Of a DNA stretch of 64,000 bases, positions 62,312 through 64,000 are shown one piece after another; positions within the stretch are counted from its first letter, which is position 1; every line of letters begins with the position of its first letter. The stretch comes from an uncultured Actinomycetota bacterium (GTDB lineage Bacteria; Actinomycetota; Actinomycetes; Streptosporangiales; Streptosporangiaceae). A program made the position numbers and the translations under genes. A model generated the notes under the pieces. That model was not told the origin of the DNA, ran no database searches, and saw nothing but the letters and a program-made list of their open reading frames with translations. The stretch lies in NCBI GenBank assembly GCA_963774945.1, contig CAVZHA010000015.1:708603-772602 (forward strand), read 5' to 3'.

Positions 62312-62705
62312 TTCTCCCCGCCTGCTTCTCGTTACTGGACGTGACATTTTCAGCAAGGTACCACCGGGCGCGGGGAATTCTGGCTGCTAACTGAGAGGTA
62401 TATCTGAAAGAGACCTGAGTGCCGGGATCGTTCTTTCATCCGTATTTTCTCGCTATGCATTTTCAGGAAATGCAATTGCGGATGAACATGCGGACAGGGA
62501 TGCCCGGGTATCGAAACACCGGGGGGCGGGAGCGGCGCGTTTCGACCGGGGCGGCCGGGGTAGATCGCTGCACCGTGGCTGGAGTCGGTTTGACGGTCTG
62601 CCGTGCCCGCGACCAGCGCGATTCGGTGGAACCGCCTGGCCCGCTGGTCTGCGGCCGCCCCGGCCGGGTTGCGCGCGGTGTATCGTCGGAGCCGAAAGCG
62701 GCCCG

Positions 62706-63356
62706 TTGCCTGAGCGGGCAGCGCTCGACAACCTCGCGTTCGCGCCCGCGGAGCCGGAGATCCGCAGCTCCTATGACACCGCTGCCCTCGAACCAGCCGT
62801 CATCACCGACGGCGGCCGGAACGGTCCGCCGCCAGCCTGGGCGGGCTGCGGCGTGACCGAGCAGGAGCAGGCCGCGCCGCTGCGCACCCCGCCGCTGCCG
62901 CCGCTTCCGCCCCCGGGGGACGACGCCGTCTTCCACACCTACCGCACCGACCTGGCCAAGGTCCGGGCGCTGGTACTGCAGCAGGGCCGGGCGGCGGGCC
63001 TGACCGAGAGCCGGGCGACCGACCTGGTGCTGGCGGTCAGCGAGGTGGCCGCCAACACGCTGCGGCACACCCAGTCGGCCGGGACGCTGACGATCTGGCG
63101 CCAGCCGGGCGAGCTCGTGTGCGAGATCCAGGACGAGGGCACGATCGCCGACCCGCTGGCGGGCCAGCGCAGGCCCGGGGCCGACGCCACCGGCGGGCAC
63201 GGCCTGTGGCTCGTGTACCAGGTCTGCGACCTGGTCGAGCTGCGCTCCGACGAGACCGGGACCACGATCAGGATGCACATGGCGATCCAGCCTCCCGACC
63301 TGGCGGCCGGCCAGGCTCCGACGGCGGGCGGCCGGCCGCCGACGGCGGGCGGCTGA
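62706..63356 (+). CDS. Anti-sigma factor / HATPase_c_2 protein (RsbA/PrsR-like)
   Basis: LVLAVSEVAANTLRH, CEIQDEG and GGHGLWLV; start uncertain (TTG 62706 or GTG 62853). Confidence 0.82.
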   Translation: MPERAALDNLAFAPAEPEIRSSYDTAALEPAVITDGGRNGPPPAWAGCGVTEQEQAAPLRTPPLPPLPPPGDDAVFHTYRTDLAKVRALVLQQGRAAGLTESRATDLVLAVSEVAANTLRHTQSAGTLTIWRQPGELVCEIQDEGTIADPLAGQRRPGADATGGHGLWLVYQVCDLVELRSDETGTTIRMHMAIQPPDLAAGQAPTAGGRPPTAGG

Positions 63357-63415
63357 GTCCGAATCAGTGCGGGCGCGTGACCCTGACCGTAGCCTTGGTG
63401 TGGTAAAACACGGGT

Positions 63416-63760
63416 GTGGACCTGCTCACCACGTCTGTCGCGACGGCCGACGGCGATCCGTACACCCTGGTGGCACTGGCCGGCGAGGCCGACGTGACCA
63501 ACAGCGGCGCGCTGCGCGAACTGCTTGACGCCGAGGTCGCCAAGGAGCCGCGGACGCTGATCATCGACCTGTCCGAGCTGCGCTTCATGGACTCCTCGGC
63601 GCTGCACGTGATCTTGCGGGCCAACCGGACGATGGACCGCCAGGGTGGCGTGCTGGCGCTGGCCGCCCCGCGCGACCCAGTCGCGAAGATGCTGCGGCTG
63701 ACCGCCGCCGACCAGCTGCTGCCGGTCTACGCGACCGTGGCCGAGGCCACCGCAGAGTAA
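63416..63760 (+). CDS. STAS domain anti-sigma factor antagonist
   Basis: LAGEAD and IIDLSELRFMDSSAL. Confidence 0.9.
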   Translation: MDLLTTSVATADGDPYTLVALAGEADVTNSGALRELLDAEVAKEPRTLIIDLSELRFMDSSALHVILRANRTMDRQGGVLALAAPRDPVAKMLRLTAADQLLPVYATVAEATAE

Positions 63761-63955
63761 TTTTGGCTGGCCGGGTTTAGGCCGGCGCTGGGTTGGAAAG
63801 AAACCACCTCGTGGTGCCTACGACGCAGGCACGTCCACGCCATCTTGGCGTGCGTGCTCGCGCGGCCACATTCTCCTCGCTTCCAGCTTGAGGGTCCCGG
63901 CGCCGGCTCGCCCGCCGAAGATGGCTCCCCGGTCACGAGGAGAGGCATCCCCGAC

Positions 63956-64000
63956 ATGAAGATCGCCCTGGTCGCCCAGCACAGCACCCCGGTCCCCGCC
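63956..64000 (+). CDS. Probable glycosyltransferase (GT4), N-terminus only
   Basis: MKIALVAQHSTP after a GAGGAGAGG RBS; truncated by the window edge. Confidence 0.5.
   Translation, partial: MKIALVAQHSTPVPA

Overview
High-GC actinobacterial chromosome segment. Gene content and style suggest a soil Streptosporangiales/Trebonia-like organism (inference). In order, it holds: an aerobic benzoyl-CoA (box) cluster (PaaX regulator, boxC, boxB, benzoate-CoA ligase, amidohydrolase); cell-envelope and secreted enzymes (NlpC/P60, epimerase, PLD, L,D-transpeptidase, GH15, S8 protease); tenA and lsr2; a TPP-riboswitch-controlled thiO-thiS-thiG-thiD operon with divergent thiE; a LysR regulator; an NYN/PIN-like RNase gene with a divergent tandem pair of ~60-nt structured small-RNA units; MarR, a dioxygenase and hpaB; a WD40 protein; ABC transporters; a complete group-5 soluble di-iron monooxygenase (prm/mim-type) cluster whose amidohydrolase-DUF59-alcohol dehydrogenase module is duplicated; glgC-glgA(glgM); a two-component system with an ABC exporter; and a partner-switching (PP2C/anti-sigma/STAS) locus. 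The best candidate for an undescribed system is the NYN nuclease with its duplicated promoter-hairpin-terminator sRNA units (25995-26801), which resembles an RNA-antitoxin module. Several genes carry single-base-insertion frameshifts that are most likely sequencing or assembly errors.
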